NCBI RefSeq assembly: GCF_964194025.1
Contig: NC_134475.1
Span: 10,168,001 to 10,232,000 of the forward strand
Reading direction: 5' to 3'
From: Convolutriloba macropyga
Taxonomy: Eukaryota
DNA: 64,000 nucleotides
The notes beneath the pieces are model-generated. The model saw nothing but the letters and a program-made list of their open reading frames with translations. It ran no database searches and was not told where the DNA came from. This document shows, one piece after another, positions 12,926 to 26,541 of this stretch. A program made the position numbers and the translations under genes. Position 1 is the stretch's first letter. Every line of letters starts with the position of its first letter.

Positions 12926-13665
12926 GTAAATTCACATAACCATCATATCTATTTTGTTGTTAATTGCTCTCGAATAAATGCTGCCCCCTTTTGTTGTTCC
13001 AGGCTAATTTGTCCGACGTGGGTTGGTAATATCAGGGTGAAACATAGGTTTCCTTGTCATCGGGGTCGAAATTGAAGTTTTGATCAAAATTATAATGAAG
13101 ATTTCTGGCTGTGATTCTATGGACCTAACTGCGAGGGCGGAGATTTGTGTTTCCTGTTATAGCTGTTTTTATCACTAAAGCAATGTAAACATGAAGTGGG
13201 TTTTTGTAGTAATGGTATGAGCCCGTGCTATTAATTTATTGAGAATTATTAATTGCTTTCAAGCGATTATTGTAAACGTGTTGGTCTTTATGCAAAATTT
13301 TTGCTGGACTGTTTTGATTTTTCGAGTGACTTTTACACCCTTGACGTTTTTGTTTATCGTGATCTAAATTTCTCTCTCATTCAGTGCCAGCAGCTGAGCT
13401 CAAGTGGCGGCAGTTAACTACTAAAAGTCAAATGAAAAGTGCGGCGAAGTTGTTGTAATTTTTTTACTTCAATTTTTTTAGTGGTTATAGTGGTATATAT
13501 AATAACCTCAACCCTCCACCCCCACCACCCTTCAAATGACGTGATTTTAGTTACCCCCCCCCCCTCCGACTGAAGCAGGCTGCAATAGATTCGAGATCCC
13601 ACTAGTCGTTCGTTAGTTGTTCGGTCAATTCTTCGTACGTTAGTGGGTTATATTTTGTGTTATAG

Positions 13666-13819
13666 GCATGTCCTGGTCCCCAGTGCCCAGCTGTCAAATC
13701 ACAATGTATTATTATGTGGGCTTTGCCTATCTCATGATGAGGAGATACAGTGATGCAATCAAATGCTTCACAGACATACTCCTCTACATACAGAGAACTA
13801 AAAACGTCTTTCATGTTAG
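13666..13819 (+). CDS. EIF3L: eIF3L exon 5
   Basis: tatag|GC..AG|gtgagc; [40 protein letters not shown]. Confidence 0.95.
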
Positions 13820-14167
13820 GTGAGCATGTTTAGCAGTGCTTGTGATGACGTGTGAAGTACGACACAATTATTGGCTGTGTGAGATACGTGGGCCATTTTC
13901 AAACTCTAGGTTTTTTTTCGGAAATGTAAATTTAATCAAATTATGATTAAACACGTGGAGACGGTTAAATAATTAAACACTCACTAGAAATAATTTAACG
14001 GTAATTGTTTTCTTCCAACTCAAAGTTGTGGTAACCAAATTTAACTTCTAAGAAAAATCGTTTTTTTATTTTTGTATCAAGAAGGTTCATAGAAATAGAT
14101 GCCAAGGAGTTTTAATTGCTCTCAAACGAAGTTTGTAGCAATTATGTTAGTCCTGTTGGTATTTTTT

Positions 14168-14685
14168 TAATAGCCGCGAAGCGATAGCTGAGGCTATTAT
14201 TGGCCTTCTCTTGGTTTTTTTTTATTTATTTCGGCGTCATGATTTTTGTTACGACCATATGACGTCACAACCACTTCAAATCTGCTTTTTATTCAATCTT
14301 GCAATTTCAACTGATTTGCGTGCGTGGCGTCATTTTTCACTCTTAGTGGAGCGGATTTTTTTGGTTCATTTGCGTGATTAAATTTTTGGTCACACTTGAC
14401 TCACCTAACTCTTAAAAATGACTTCCTCACTCTAAAATTGACTTTTCTTTGCTTTAATTCAAAGAGATAAGGTCAAATGAGTGCTTGTCACTCTAATTGA
14501 AGGTTATTTAAGACCAGCAAATAGAAACAGCAATAAACTGTATAGATTTTTAATCAAAATTTAACATCTCAGCGTTTAATGAAAAGAATGTTTCTTTTTT
14601 TTTGGGTCTGTCTTTTTACCGTCTTTTTGAAACTATAGATCTATGAAGCTATTGCGGCTATTTTCAGGCAATTTGCCAGCTATGT
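14168..14685 (+). mobile_element. HINE family A copy inserted in a T-run of a family-B element
   Basis: aatagccgcgaagcgatagctgaggctatt ... gcggctattttcaggcaatttgccagctatg; interior matches ~11715-12151. Confidence 0.78.
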
Positions 14686-15139
14686 TTATGCGATTTCTCT
14701 CTTGACCGATTTTTCGTGACCCATTTGAATTTTCGTCCTTAAAAACTTGATAAACAGGTAGCGCCCAGCGAGCATTAAGTTTCATTAGACTCCCTTAGCC
14801 GCTTTTAGTAGTCCTTCCAGTGGTTAGTGTGATGAAGTTTCCGGGAAGGCCGTAGTTTTAGGTTAAAAGGTCATTTTTAGGAGTTTTGGAACCAAAAATG
14901 TTGCAATTTTTTGTGTTTTATTGTCATTTTTCGATTTTTTGTTGGACCAGTCTAAAATTGAGGCTAAATAAAGTTGATAAAGATCATTTGCAAGACATAA
15001 ATACTTTTTATGACTTTTTTAAAGAACTATATGTTTTGGTCATCCAAACAAAAACAGGCAAGTTTATTTTAATTTTCACAATTTTTAAAATTTTTTGAAA
15101 ATTTTTGTCATTTTTTTAGTTTTTTAGCCTTAGGTGTCA

Positions 15140-15850
15140 AGGAAGATCCTCTAAGGTTTGATAATAGCTCCTGCACGGTTTCTAGTGGTAATGGAATGGT
15201 TTTCAACATTTTAACATCACGAATTTTAGCATTTTTTGTGACCAAACTTGCAATTTTTCTCGCATTATCATTTCAGACCCAGGAACCAGAAAACCGCCTC
15301 AAGGGTTTGATAATAAGTTACTGAAAAATTTTTATTGGTCATGGAATAGTTTTTAACTCTTTGATTAAACTTGCAATTTCAAGTTTTTTTGAATATTTTT
15401 TGTCATTTTCAGGTTTCTACAGACTCAAGAGCGAAGAAACCTCCTCTAGGGTTTGATAAAAGGTTACTGCATAGTTTCTAGATGTAATGGAATGTTTTTC
15501 AAGATTTTAATGTCATGAATTTAAGCAATTTTTTTTGAACTGCCATTTTTTCAAGTTTTTCGGATTTTTCCGGCACCAGGGGCCATGGACCTCGTACGAG
15601 CTTTGATCATAAGCTGCTGCATTTTTTCTGGATTTAATGGAATGGTTATCATTATTTTAATGACTCGAGTTTTAGCTTTTTTTAAAATAAAATTTAAATT
15701 TTCAATTTTTCGAAAAATTATGTTCCAAGTTTATCGACCTTAATGAACCTGTGAAACTATTTAACGCTTGAAATAAGGATACTGGATAGTCTCTTGAGAC
15801 AATGAAATGGTTCTGAAGATATTAATTTCCTGAATTTTAGCAGGATTTTA
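15140..15850 (+). repeat. Degenerate ~150-160-bp tandem repeat inside a HINE; related units at ~37460-37850
   Basis: Recurring gtttgataa..ctgca..tttctag..aatggaatggtt at ~15150, 15300, 15445, 15600 and 15770. Confidence 0.62.
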
Positions 15851-16125
15851 AAATTTGCATTTTTAAAAAAAGTTTTAAATATTTTTGTCCTTTTCTGAAT
15901 TTAACGATCATTACTGGCCAACGATATTTTTGAAGTCTTGCAGATGGGTTGCATGACAGAACCTCAGAGACAAAAAAAATGGTTTTTTAACATTTTTTTA
16001 AATGCGAAATATGGAAACTTTTTAGTTTTGGCGGTTTCACGTATTTTTCTATATGATTTAATTACTAACATGACTGGAAAAAAGTTGCAGAGACGAATCT
16101 CATCATGAAAGAAATTTCTAGATCG

Positions 16126-16151
16126 CTCTCTCTCTCTCTCTCTCTCTCTCT
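16126..16151. repeat. (CT)n microsatellite
   Basis: About 13 CT units. Confidence 0.9.
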
Positions 16152-18939
16152 GTTGGTTGGGCTTTTTTTTCCATTTCCTTTTCGTTCACGTTTTGTCTCG
16201 CACACTATCTCTCTCTTTCCGTATTTCTTTTGTCCATTCCGGCTGCTGTTTTGTGGCGTGATGTCATCATCAATTACCCTAAGCTCACGCACCTTCAACT
16301 AAGTTGAAGCCAACTTCACTAAACTGTGACTGGCTCCTGACAATGTCAACCGCTCGCCGGTTGTTTGAGAGCAATTCGCCCGACGTTATCCGGTCATGGT
16401 TGCATATTTCTAGTGAAGCTGTTAGTATCAGCGAAACAATTGCTATTCTAAAATTGACATCTATTGGTTTTTGTGCGCAGTTATGAAAGTGCTGATTCTT
16501 TATCAGTCATTTCATTGTTTTTTGCGGGCTATGCGTGGCGTTTCAAGTTGGAAAATTGTATCTGACAGATTTGATTTTCATTTGAGTAAATTTTCTGTCT
16601 CAAAATTGGGTTTTGTCAAAATTGGGTAACATTAATTCGGTGTCAGTGACGTAATTTCAGATGACTGTTGTACCATGTGTTATATTAGACAAATATATAC
16701 AAGCTGCTATATTCAGCTACTGTATTTGTTTAGTTATTATCTTCTTGTTATTATTTAACTATGTTGCTACTTTTCCTGAATGTTTTGGTTATCATTCAAA
16801 CATTTTTCAAAATGGGGGAATAAAAAATTAGCAGCAATTTGAATAAGGGGAACACTTTGAAGAGGGGGAAATTGTAGTAAATTTGGTAAGGTTAAATGGA
16901 GTTGTGTTTGCCATGAATAATTCTTTGCAGTTTCAAACCTAAAAGTTAACGAATTAAAGTATTTGATGAAAAATTAAACAAAAATCAGTTTGATTTTTTT
17001 CTCAAAGTTTTGTTGAAAATTTTTAATCCGTCTTTGTTTGCTGCTGATTCAAAACTATTTTATGAACCAATGTTGTTCTTGCTTTTCTGTATTGAACAGA
17101 TATGTTGGAAAATAGAAGATTTCAGTCAATTGAGAGCTCTCAAAATATCAGTCAACTTAAAAATTTAAAACTAAAAGCCAAAAAATTTTTGTTCTGATTT
17201 CTCGTGTTGTTTTTGCAAACACTTCTTTCCAAAATTGTTTTACTCCTTTACAATTCTTTTCCAAAATCGGTTTTAAATGAATATCAAATCAACCAAATTA
17301 ATTACTGAAAGTTATAGATGGAAATCTTATTTTTTTATTTGTATTGCCTATATTGTCAAAGCAGATGGTGTGACCTAACCTCCTCTAGTATAAACTATAC
17401 AGAAGTTGAGAGTTGAAGTTTTTGGGGATCTCCATGGTGCAGAACTTGAAACAAAAGTTTATAATTTTGAAAATTACCAGAAAGTTATTTTTCAATTGCC
17501 TTTTTTTTATAAATTGCTCTTCGAAATTGTTTTCCACACTGTGGGCGTTACTTGAAATTGAAAAATGAAATAGTGTATTGATTGTGAAATACCTTTTATA
17601 TAACTGGGGAGTTTCTTTTGAAAGATGAAAACAGTATTTCTTTTCTTATTGAGTTCTGTTAAAAATTATTTAAGTTTCTGTTTCTTTAATAAATACTCCG
17701 AAGAGTAGAAGGGCTAAAACGTAGAATTTTTTGTAACCAATATTTCACATGCTACGACAAGATAGGAGCTTTATAAGAGATAATCGCTTAAATGAGAGCC
17801 TTTAAGGACACACTCTGACGTGCCTTTACCTTAGACACAAGTGGAAGCAGAGTGCAAAAAGTGTCAGAAATCCTAGAAAGTGAGAAAACAACTTATTAGC
17901 TACAAATTGCCGTTCTAAACTTTTTCAAAACCAGGAGTGTGTTTATCAAATCTAGCTGTTAGCACATTTGCGAGATTTTAGTTAACGAATCGGCTCATCA
18001 TGCTCATGAAACGTGACTAAATTTTGTGGAAAGACCTCAAAATAGTTTATTTCAAATTTTAGTTTCATTTTTGCGATTGCCAATGTAATTGGCTAAAGAA
18101 AGGCAAACCGTGTATTGTAGAGAAAGAAGCAAGACTTAAGTGAACGGGGGCGAACCTGGAGTATAATTCAGTTGAGAAAAAAGTTTAAAAACTGCGCTTT
18201 TTTGGTTGTACGTATGGGTGTGCGTTTGTGTGTACTGTGTGTGGTATTTGTGTCTAAAAGAGAAAGTAAAAAATTAAGTTGATAGAGTTGTTTGCTTTAA
18301 ATGTCAGAGACAAATAGGGGCAGAGTTGAAAACCATGAAATCATAAAAATTAGAAAAATTATTTAATTTTTTTTGCAAATTGCGGCTTCTATTTTTCCAA
18401 AACCAAAATTACGGTTTTAAAGTCTTGCTGGTTACACATCTGCTAGATATAATAAAATCAATTGTTTCATTATGCTCATAAACCATAAAATTGACAAAGT
18501 TCAAAAAGTTGTTTCAAAGTTCTGTCATTTCAATTACCGTTACAATTGCCTCATAAAATCCACACCGTTAGAAAAAACAAGGAAGACCTAAATGAACGGT
18601 GACAAACCTTGAGTAAAGATCAGTTGCCGAAGAGAAAATTTTAAAATCTTTTGTGTTGGGGTTTGTGTTTGTGTTTGATGGGTGCGGTGTGTTTGTGTGT
18701 AGTGTTTTTCTGTGCTTGTGTCCTAAAATTGTACTACACTTATCTTTCTAGAATGTGCTGAAGAGTTTCCGTTTTTGTCTGCCAAAAAATACCGTATTTT
18801 TAGTTCAAACGGTACAAGTAATTTTACTCCTATGCATATAAGCTGCTTTTGGATACTTCCAACGGTTTCTCTGTGTTTGCTTGGTATTTTGATCTTGTAA
18901 AAATGAATAGAACTCTTGTTTGAAAATGTAGTCTTTCAG

Positions 18940-19106
18940 GTCCTACCAGCAAGACATGATAGGGAAGCAGACTGACCAGATGTACTATCTGCTCCAGATC
19001 TGCCTCACTCTCCACCCACAGTCCATAGATGAGAGTGTCACCCGGGCACTCAATGAGAAACTAGGCAGTGGAGAGCGCATTCAGCGATTGCAACGAGGAG
19101 GAACGG
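18940..19106 (+). CDS. EIF3L: eIF3L exon 6
   Basis: tttcag|G..G|gttagt; [33 protein letters not shown]. Confidence 0.93.
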
Positions 19107-20047
19107 GTTAGTTTGAAACATTTAGAATCTTGAAATTTGCTTGACCGTTGGCGTTCTACGGGTTTTTTCGTCCTTGATATTTTAAGTCTTTCCCGATATA
19201 AATTCTCATTTGCCATTCAAACCAGCTGAACTCAAGTAGTTGAAGCAGGCTACAATAAAAATCAGACTGCGCTTCTGGCTCGAGAGCAATTCAGACAACA
19301 TTATTTGGTTTAATAATAGCTGAGCGGAGATGTGGTTTTCTACGACTCGAAGAACAGTAATCGTGATCTCGGGTTTTTAAATCTGGTAAGTGTCAGGAAA
19401 ACACAATGTAAAATTATGCCGGATGTACAAACAAGTGTTTAGGTCCAAACAGAGCAAAAGAGGGTGATTTGTTTACCTGCCGTATTTTTGAAAGAGCGAG
19501 AAAAGAGGTGTAAAAAAGTTTCACCAGGCGAGCAATTTTTATTTTTGACTTATCTATGCTAGTTTGTTTCTTCGCTCCTTCAGCTCAAAGTAATGTTTTG
19601 CAGCCATCGATCAGCAGAGTAATCTAAAATGAACCGAGTCAATGTCGAAAAAAAGCCCAGTTTTAGATGCCCGGCGTTTGAACTTTGTTCTAGTCTCAAC
19701 TAACAGTTCTAATAGTTTTTTTGCTACTAATCCCCGTTTCTTCAGATTAAGAAAAAGATGTATGCCAATTACGAAATCCTATCAAAATGCCCTGTTTTGA
19801 AATTTTATCGAAAACAATCATGTTTTTGTCTTCATTCTAATCGGCGTCAAGGGAATAAATATCGGCTATTTTCTGGATCGATCTGCCTTGGTATCTTTCT
19901 TATGAAATTTTTGTCTAAGCAGAAGGATGAAATTATGTCCGTTTTTGCACGGCTTTTTGGCTATTCTCTATTTGTTCCCTGCGCGTTTCATATACTGTTC
20001 CCTGTTCATTTGTTAGTTTTAAACTATTCAATAGTAATTAATATTTT

Positions 20048-20403
20048 AATTGCTCTCGAACGAAATTTGAAGCAATTTTGTAAACGTTTTGTAAACTTTT
20101 ATGCAAATTTTTTGCTTGACTGTTTTTGCGCCTTTGTTGTAGAATACTCTTTGACTTCTTGTTCATTTTTGAGTGTTATAAACTGCTCTCATTCCGAAAT
20201 AAAATTTTGCTAATATAAAAGTGATTGTGAGCGAAAGATTTAAAGCCATTGTAGCTTAGTCGTTAAGATGTCAGACGGAGGTCCGGAGTTCGAAACCCCC
20301 GTGGAGTCATTTTTTTCCACCCATAAATTATTTCAAAGCTACGCCCGCTATAATAAATTGGCCCTCCTGTCGTTCTAGGGCAATTCATCAGACGTTAGTC
20401 AGT
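20048..20403 (+). mobile_element. HINE family B copy with tRNA-like cassette (20245-20309)
   Basis: 5' aattgctctcgaacg..agcaatt; degenerate 3' subTIR and hairpin; A-box-like tagcttagtcg, B-box gttcgaaacc, then a T run. Confidence 0.75.
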
Positions 20404-21150
20404 TCATATTTGTTACTATAAAGAGACACGTGGATGTGTTTCTAATTTTATTGCGGTTTTGGTTTTTCGCTATTCAATTTTTCTTTGTAGAGATAAGGCA
20501 CTAATTTATCAAAAATGTTAACATTTGGTGTCTCTGGGGTGCGGAGAGTTTGTTAGAAACTTGACAGATTTCAGTTTTTGAGTAGAAGTCTTGAGGTAAT
20601 TCATTTACTAAATGAAAACTTTGAAATAGTTTGCTTAGAATTTTCAGTCCAACTTCTTTGAGAAGTGTTCAGAAAGATAAATTTTGATTTAATAATTGAC
20701 TTGTCCTCCGTTTTGGTTAAAGGTAAATTGTCAGTCGATTGAAATAATTATTTTATAGTGGCATTGTGAGAAATTGTCTGGGGTGAGTCAAACTTTTTTG
20801 TCGGCTTTTTTACTTGTGATGTCGAGCTTACTTCAAATGAGCTTTTATTCGCTCAATCATGTAGGTTTTTAAGGTTTTTACTCAGTTGTTGATGTGACGT
20901 TTTTTCATATTTATTGGAGCGTACTTTTGTTCATTTTGAGAATTTTTTTGTCAGTGGGTACTTTCACTCTCAAAATGACTTTTACTGTCTCTACAATAAT
21001 TTGCTAGCTTTATTGGGATTGTGTTGAGGTCAAATAAGATTATCTCACTCAGACTGAAGCTTAATTGCGGGTAGATTTGGAGCACATCAGTCTAATTCAA
21101 ATTAATACATCACAAGAACTTGTAAATAAACAGTTCTTTTAATAGCATTT

Positions 21151-23497
21151 TTGTTCCGACCCTTCTTGAGGGGGGAGGAACTATATACTCAAATGTTTTT
21201 TTGTTTATGACCGATCGATATATTCATCGTAGACCGATCGATATATTCATCATAGAGTTGCGAGTGCTGTCATTAAAAAGCCCGACCAGCGTAGAATATC
21301 GAATTAAATCATTTTGATGAATTTCGTTTTCTAAAGCGAGTTATCGTGGTTTAAATTTTTGTGAATATAGACCGATTTGCGTTATTCACATTTTCCGGAA
21401 TTGTTGTCTAAAATTTCATCAATTTTGATAAAATATGCAAAAATTGTAAACAATAGTACTGTTCATTTTATTTTAAAGACAAAAAGTACTGTGACTATTT
21501 TGATTTAGTTTTTTGGCTAAAATTTTGGCCAAATATTTCGAAATTCGGCCTTTCATCGAAAATTGTCCAAAATAAGCTTCTTCAGTCCACTTTGATTAAA
21601 ATTGTAGGAATTCACATCCAAAATCAACTGTAAACTACGAAGGGAGCTAGTCCTACTTCACTTCCATTGAGAGTAGTCTGGAATTAAAATTTTGCCTATT
21701 GCTAACTTTACTCTATGATTATCAAAAACAGCAATTATTTTTAGTCTTTTAACTAACAAATTATCTAGATCTAAATCATTCGAAACAATTGAGTGTTGCT
21801 AATGAACGAACAGCAGTAGCAAGGACGATTTTGGTCAAATTTGGAGTGTGAAAATCCAAAAAAAAAATCTGATTGTAATCAGTCGTTCTTTTTAAAAGTT
21901 TGATCTTTTTTATGTTAATTAAAGAACAGAACAATTCAAATCAACGCTTACTGTTGATAGGTCCAATTGGCTTCCTAAGCAGTTTCAAATTAATATTTCT
22001 AGTTTCTTTACTCGAAAGATTATGATCGTTTTGACTTTTAAAATTTTTAACATTTTTTAATAAAGATTGGCTTATTGAACATTGCCAGTATTGTTCTTTT
22101 AATTGGCTCAACTTGTAGTTTAGTGTTGGCAAAGAAAGAATGCTTCTTCCTCTTCTTTCTACTGAATTAAAACTTAATATTCTTTGGAGTTTTACGCGTT
22201 AAATTATGGATTTCTGGCTTTGATACTACTAGATTTCACATTTTTTTTATTTTGTAGGCATTGGCCCACTTTTCACGTTTTTCGTTTTGTCACATTAGCA
22301 CATTATTGACAGTTCACATATTACTTCATTGGCGTTCAAAATAGGGCACAATTGGACTTATAAACGTCTTTAAAGACATAGATTATGGTTTTAACGGCTT
22401 CGACACCCCTTTCTCGAAGAATTTAATTGAGTTTTTTTACATTTGTCTTCAACTGTCGTTTTTACTTTGTATTTTTAGTCATATGAAATTTCCTGGTTAA
22501 TGACAGGTCTCATTTGCTGTTTATGGAGGAATAAATGAGCCTATTCTCTTGTTTGAGTAGATAGCTGATGGCTTTCAAGACTTTGAAAACAATTGTTTTC
22601 AAAAATTAAATTCTTTTTACTTCGCTTTTTTGTTCTTCTTTGTCCATTTGTTACCTAGTCTCGTTAATTACAGGTCACATGACATTATTGTTGCCGAGGA
22701 AAGATGCAAGTTTGCAAAATCTAATGTTTTTAATGAATTCGTTTTGAATTTACTGGCTTCGACTGTTTTTTTCTAAAAAAGTAAACTAATTTTTTGTCTA
22801 TATTTGACGTTCTTTTTGCACGAATAATTGAACCTATTTAAGTATTTCTTTTTGCAGCTAATGGCTTTCATGACTTTGAAAATAATTGTTTTCGAAAAAT
22901 ACAAAAGTATTACTTAATTTTGTCCGTTTTTCTCTTTTTTTGTCTACTTATTACCTGTTCTCATTAAAGAGAGGTCGCATACCACGATATTGGCGTTCGA
23001 GGAAGACTCAATTGAACATATTTTGAGGGGGAAAATATGGTTTTACGGCTTCGACAGCGTTTTCCCGCAAGTTTTTTAATTTATTTTTCGGTTATCGCAA
23101 TTTGTTCTTTTTGTAACCGCATAAAAAATTGAATGACAGGTCTTAATGCCCTCCTATAGATGCGTATGTGACCATAGACATGTTGGATGTTTTCATTTGC
23201 TATCTAGTGTTTTTCATTACTTTGAAATTATCTGTTTTTAATAATATAAGCCAATTTTTTTTAAACCTTGTAAAGTTATTTTGTTTAGTTTCAGTTTTAT
23301 CTGACGCTATTTTGACCTTGTTGTTTTTAGAACTAAGTTATTTGCGTTGGAGGCGATCTTTTTGTTCATACACATTTTTTTCTTTTTAAAATTTTTTTGT
23401 GGGTTTCTATCTGTTACTCATTTGATACACATTTATGCCAAAAATGCGGATGAGCGGGGTCGGAATTTTATGCCCGAACGCACATTACCGAACCTCT
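21151..23497 (+). mobile_element. Long HINE-like element, family C
   Basis: 5' ttgttccgaccc..ggggggaggaac; 3' gagcggggtcggaa..gcacattaccga; non-coding with internal degenerate repeats. Confidence 0.72.
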
Positions 23498-23792
23498 TTT
23501 TTCTATTGATGTTATTTGACTATGGATCTACATAGCTAGCGCAACACTTTCTGGCAATCTGCCAGCTGTTGTTTTTATTAAGATGAAAACCAGTGTTGTG
23601 TTCCATAATATCACCTACAATGAGGAGAACAGATAGCTGATAAAACAGTTTCATTCTGCATTTTCTCACTGATTTCAGTAATCCAGTGAATATATGACCG
23701 CTGTTCAGATTTTGATTGTCGTGTGTTGAGATTTTTCAATTGAGAAAAGGTTCCGTTGTCATTAAAAAATAGCTTCTGATGTAATGTTATAG

Positions 23793-23938
23793 GTGGTCAG
23801 AATGCAGATGAGGACTTTATGGGTGAAATGGAGCAGCTGTTCTTGTTTGCCTGTCCCAAATTCATCTCTCCTTCCGTGTCTGACAACTTCACAGAGAAGA
23901 GGGACACATACAAAGACATGCTCAATCTGCAAACAAGG
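23793..23938 (+). CDS. EIF3L: eIF3L exon 7
   Basis: tatag|GT..AGG|gttaat; MEQLFLFACPKFISP (cf. YEELFSYSCPKFLSP). Confidence 0.92.
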
Positions 23939-23984
23939 GTTAATGACAACATTTCATGCGCATATCGGGTTTCGACGTGAATGA

Positions 23985-24330
23985 AGTCACTGAGAAAATG
24001 AAGTCACTGAGAAAATCTGATATTAATCAAGAAACGCGAAGTGTTTTGAGATGTAAGTAAGAATTTCGAAGTGACTTAGCAGAGTTACGTAACCTTGCTT
24101 AAAACACGCACGTTTTAAAATGACAAAAGTCAGCGCCAGAATTTAAAATTGCAGAAGTTCCTAGATACATAGCCAGAAGTTGACTTCCATGAACTTTCGT
24201 CATTAAAACGTGCAAGTTACGTAATTAAAGCAAGGATAGGTGACTCTGCAGAAGCTACTTCGAAATTCTTGCTCAGCATCTCGAACCGCTACGCCGTTCC
24301 CGATAAACTCAAGAAGTTCTGTGACCTCAA
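23985..24330. repeat. Imperfect ~350-bp palindrome (probable fold-back MITE)
   Basis: aagaatttcgaagt / acttcgaaattctt; gcacgtttta..atgac / gtcattaaaacgtgc; ccttgctt / aagcaagg. Confidence 0.65.
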
Positions 24331-24520
24331 GGACAGTCACATACTTGAACCGTGCACTTAGCAAATTTTTTCAAATCTGCTACCGTATAGAGTAAAATCA
24401 TTCTATTATTGGACGCTGTAGAATTAGTAGTGAGAAAGAGGGTCTACCCCACATAAAAAGGATTCCTCCCGCCCGTCCTTAATCTGTGAGGTAAACCCCC
24501 CTTCTCGCTACTGATATGGG

Positions 24521-25149
24521 GGATCTTTTCCGTTTGTGCCCCCCAGCTTAATGGGTGCATATTATTTGCACCCCCAGACTCACGTGCCATATTTTTACAT
24601 AATGAATTACCAGGTAATGACACGTGCTCTGATATTATTGTTATTGCACCTAGAGTTGATTAACTGTATTCAGTAAAAACATAGTTTGTTTCATAATCTG
24701 AGCCGGATCATTTCCGTTCCTGCCCCCCCCCCCCCCCATAATGTGCTATCAGAAACGGAAAAGATCCGCAGAGCCATGCTGAGTAAAACTAGTTGAAACC
24801 TTCTTCGAGACTGTTTACCTGTCCCCCCATTCGATCTGAGACAATCCTGGCCAGTGCGACTATCTGCTCTTTAGTAGTAGCAAGAGGCACCACTTCGTTC
24901 TTCACCTATAACAAATTGTAACTCTAAACAAGCACGTGTAAGTTTTAAAATGCCAGATAATTGGCTGTAACAGGTTTTACCGGTCTTTTCCGTTTGTGCC
25001 CCCCCACAGCCTAGTGGATGCATATCATTTGCACCCCCAGACTCACGTGCCATATTTTTACATAATGAATTACCAGGTAATGACACGTGCTCTGTAACTT
25101 GGGGGGGGGGGGGGGGGTAACGTATGGGGGGCACAAACGGAAAAGATCC
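24521..25149. mobile_element. Composite MITE with GGATCTTTTCCGTTTGTGCCCCCC TIRs, internal duplication and nested mini-copy
   Basis: TIRs at both ends; flanks gatatggg / gatatgtc; 24521-24631 repeated at ~24982-25093; mini-element ~24705-24767. Confidence 0.72.
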
Positions 25150-25830
25150 GATATGTCATTGTGAAACTTGCACGTGCGTGTTTCAACTCTTATTTCATCG
25201 CTAAGACTAGTAAATTGACATCGAAATTCACCTTTAGACCGGTAATTGAGAAATTTTACCATTATTTCCAGTCTTTCTGTTTTTAAAGGTTTGGTGGACT
25301 ACATTACTTAAAAAGAACCTAAATTCTCTCTTTATCAATTTTTAAGCAGAAGTCTTGGAGCTGGATTGTTGAGTCCCAGGTTTTCTACCATGCTGTTTTC
25401 TCAAGTGACAACACAGTAGGACAACAAAAAGCTATCCATTTTTGTAACCATGCATTTGGAAGGAACGGGAACGCTGGAACTGTTTTCCTTCTCCCTGTGA
25501 ACACAATTTTGGTTTCCAGAATTTTGTATAATGTGAATCATAACACAACAATGGTATAAAAGTGTCGGGTTTCCCATTATAGCCACCTTCCCGAAAAATT
25601 ATGAAATTATAACCCCCTGTATGGTACTGTAATATTTACCCTGATTGATGGCGGGGGACTATATGTTATCTGACCACTGGGGATAATGGTGGTAAAGACC
25701 CACATTGTCGTCAAATTTGGTGGGTCTTAATCAATCTCTCGGGGAGGGGGGATCTATCGGGGGGTAGTCTAGAAACAATTATTGTTGATTTTTATCATGA
25801 GTAAACAAGACCATTTTATGTATTGTACAG

Positions 25831-26187
25831 GTCTTCATGGACGAAGTGAGAGAACAGTCAAAGATTGCTGTGATCAGAAGCTTCCTCAAATTGTACAGTA
25901 GCATATCGATCCAGAAGCTGGCAGGTTTCATGAGCATCTCTGAGAATGAACTGAGAACGTACCTGATGACGTTCAAGCACAAAATGAAGAATCTTGTGTG
26001 GAGTGGGGGGTCTTCAAGTTTGGACGGACAGTTCAAGATAGCCTCGGACATTGACTTCTATGTCGATGGTGACATGATCCATATTGCAGATACAAAAGTG
26101 GCTGCTAAATACGGAGAGTACTTCATCACCCAAATCCAAAAGTGCGACGAAATCAAAAAGAGACTCAAGTCTATGTCCGTTCAATAG
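25831..26187 (+). CDS. EIF3L: eIF3L exon 8 (PCI C-terminus, stop)
   Basis: tacag|GTC; VFMDEV..IRSFLKLY..FKHKMKNLVW..DFYVDGDMIHIADTKV; TAG 26185-26187; exon lengths sum to a multiple of 3. Confidence 0.96.
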   Translation, partial: VFMDEVREQSKIAVIRSFLKLYSSISIQKLAGFMSISENELRTYLMTFKHKMKNLVWSGGSSSLDGQFKIASDIDFYVDGDMIHIADTKVAAKYGEYFITQIQKCDEIKKRLKSMSVQ

Positions 26188-26208
26188 TAAATGCTCCTCG
26201 TTTAATAA

Positions 26209-26541
26209 GGTGCTAGGACAATAGATCGAAATAAGGTAGATAGAGAGCCAAAATTGCGACAGCAGATTCAAAATAAAATTATTAAATTTTTAATTGGTCA
26301 ATCAGATTTGACCACTCACAAATCCAACGGCGTATAAAGCTGTGGGTCGTAATGATTTGTTCTGTCGGAATAGATTTGTACCGCGGGCCGCTGAAACATC
26401 GCCATAACTTGTAAATCTTGGTCGAATTTGTTAATAGCAGGTTTAAGCGTGCAAATATCGCGTAATTACAGCCAAAAATAATAATGTAATTTTTGATCAA
26501 CTGACCAAATTTTATAGTTTTCGATCTATTGTCCGTTCACC
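26209..26541. mobile_element. MITE, same TIR family as 248-586, immediately after the eIF3L stop
   Basis: ggtgctaggacaatagatcgaaa ... tttcgatctattgtccgttcacc; flanks gtttaataa / gtttaatgt (7/9). Confidence 0.82.

Noticed and set aside
19758-20213. 151-aa ORF and the many other F/L/K-rich short ORFs
   Set aside because: They lie in T-rich repeat sequence, often cross element boundaries, and show no domain or splice support
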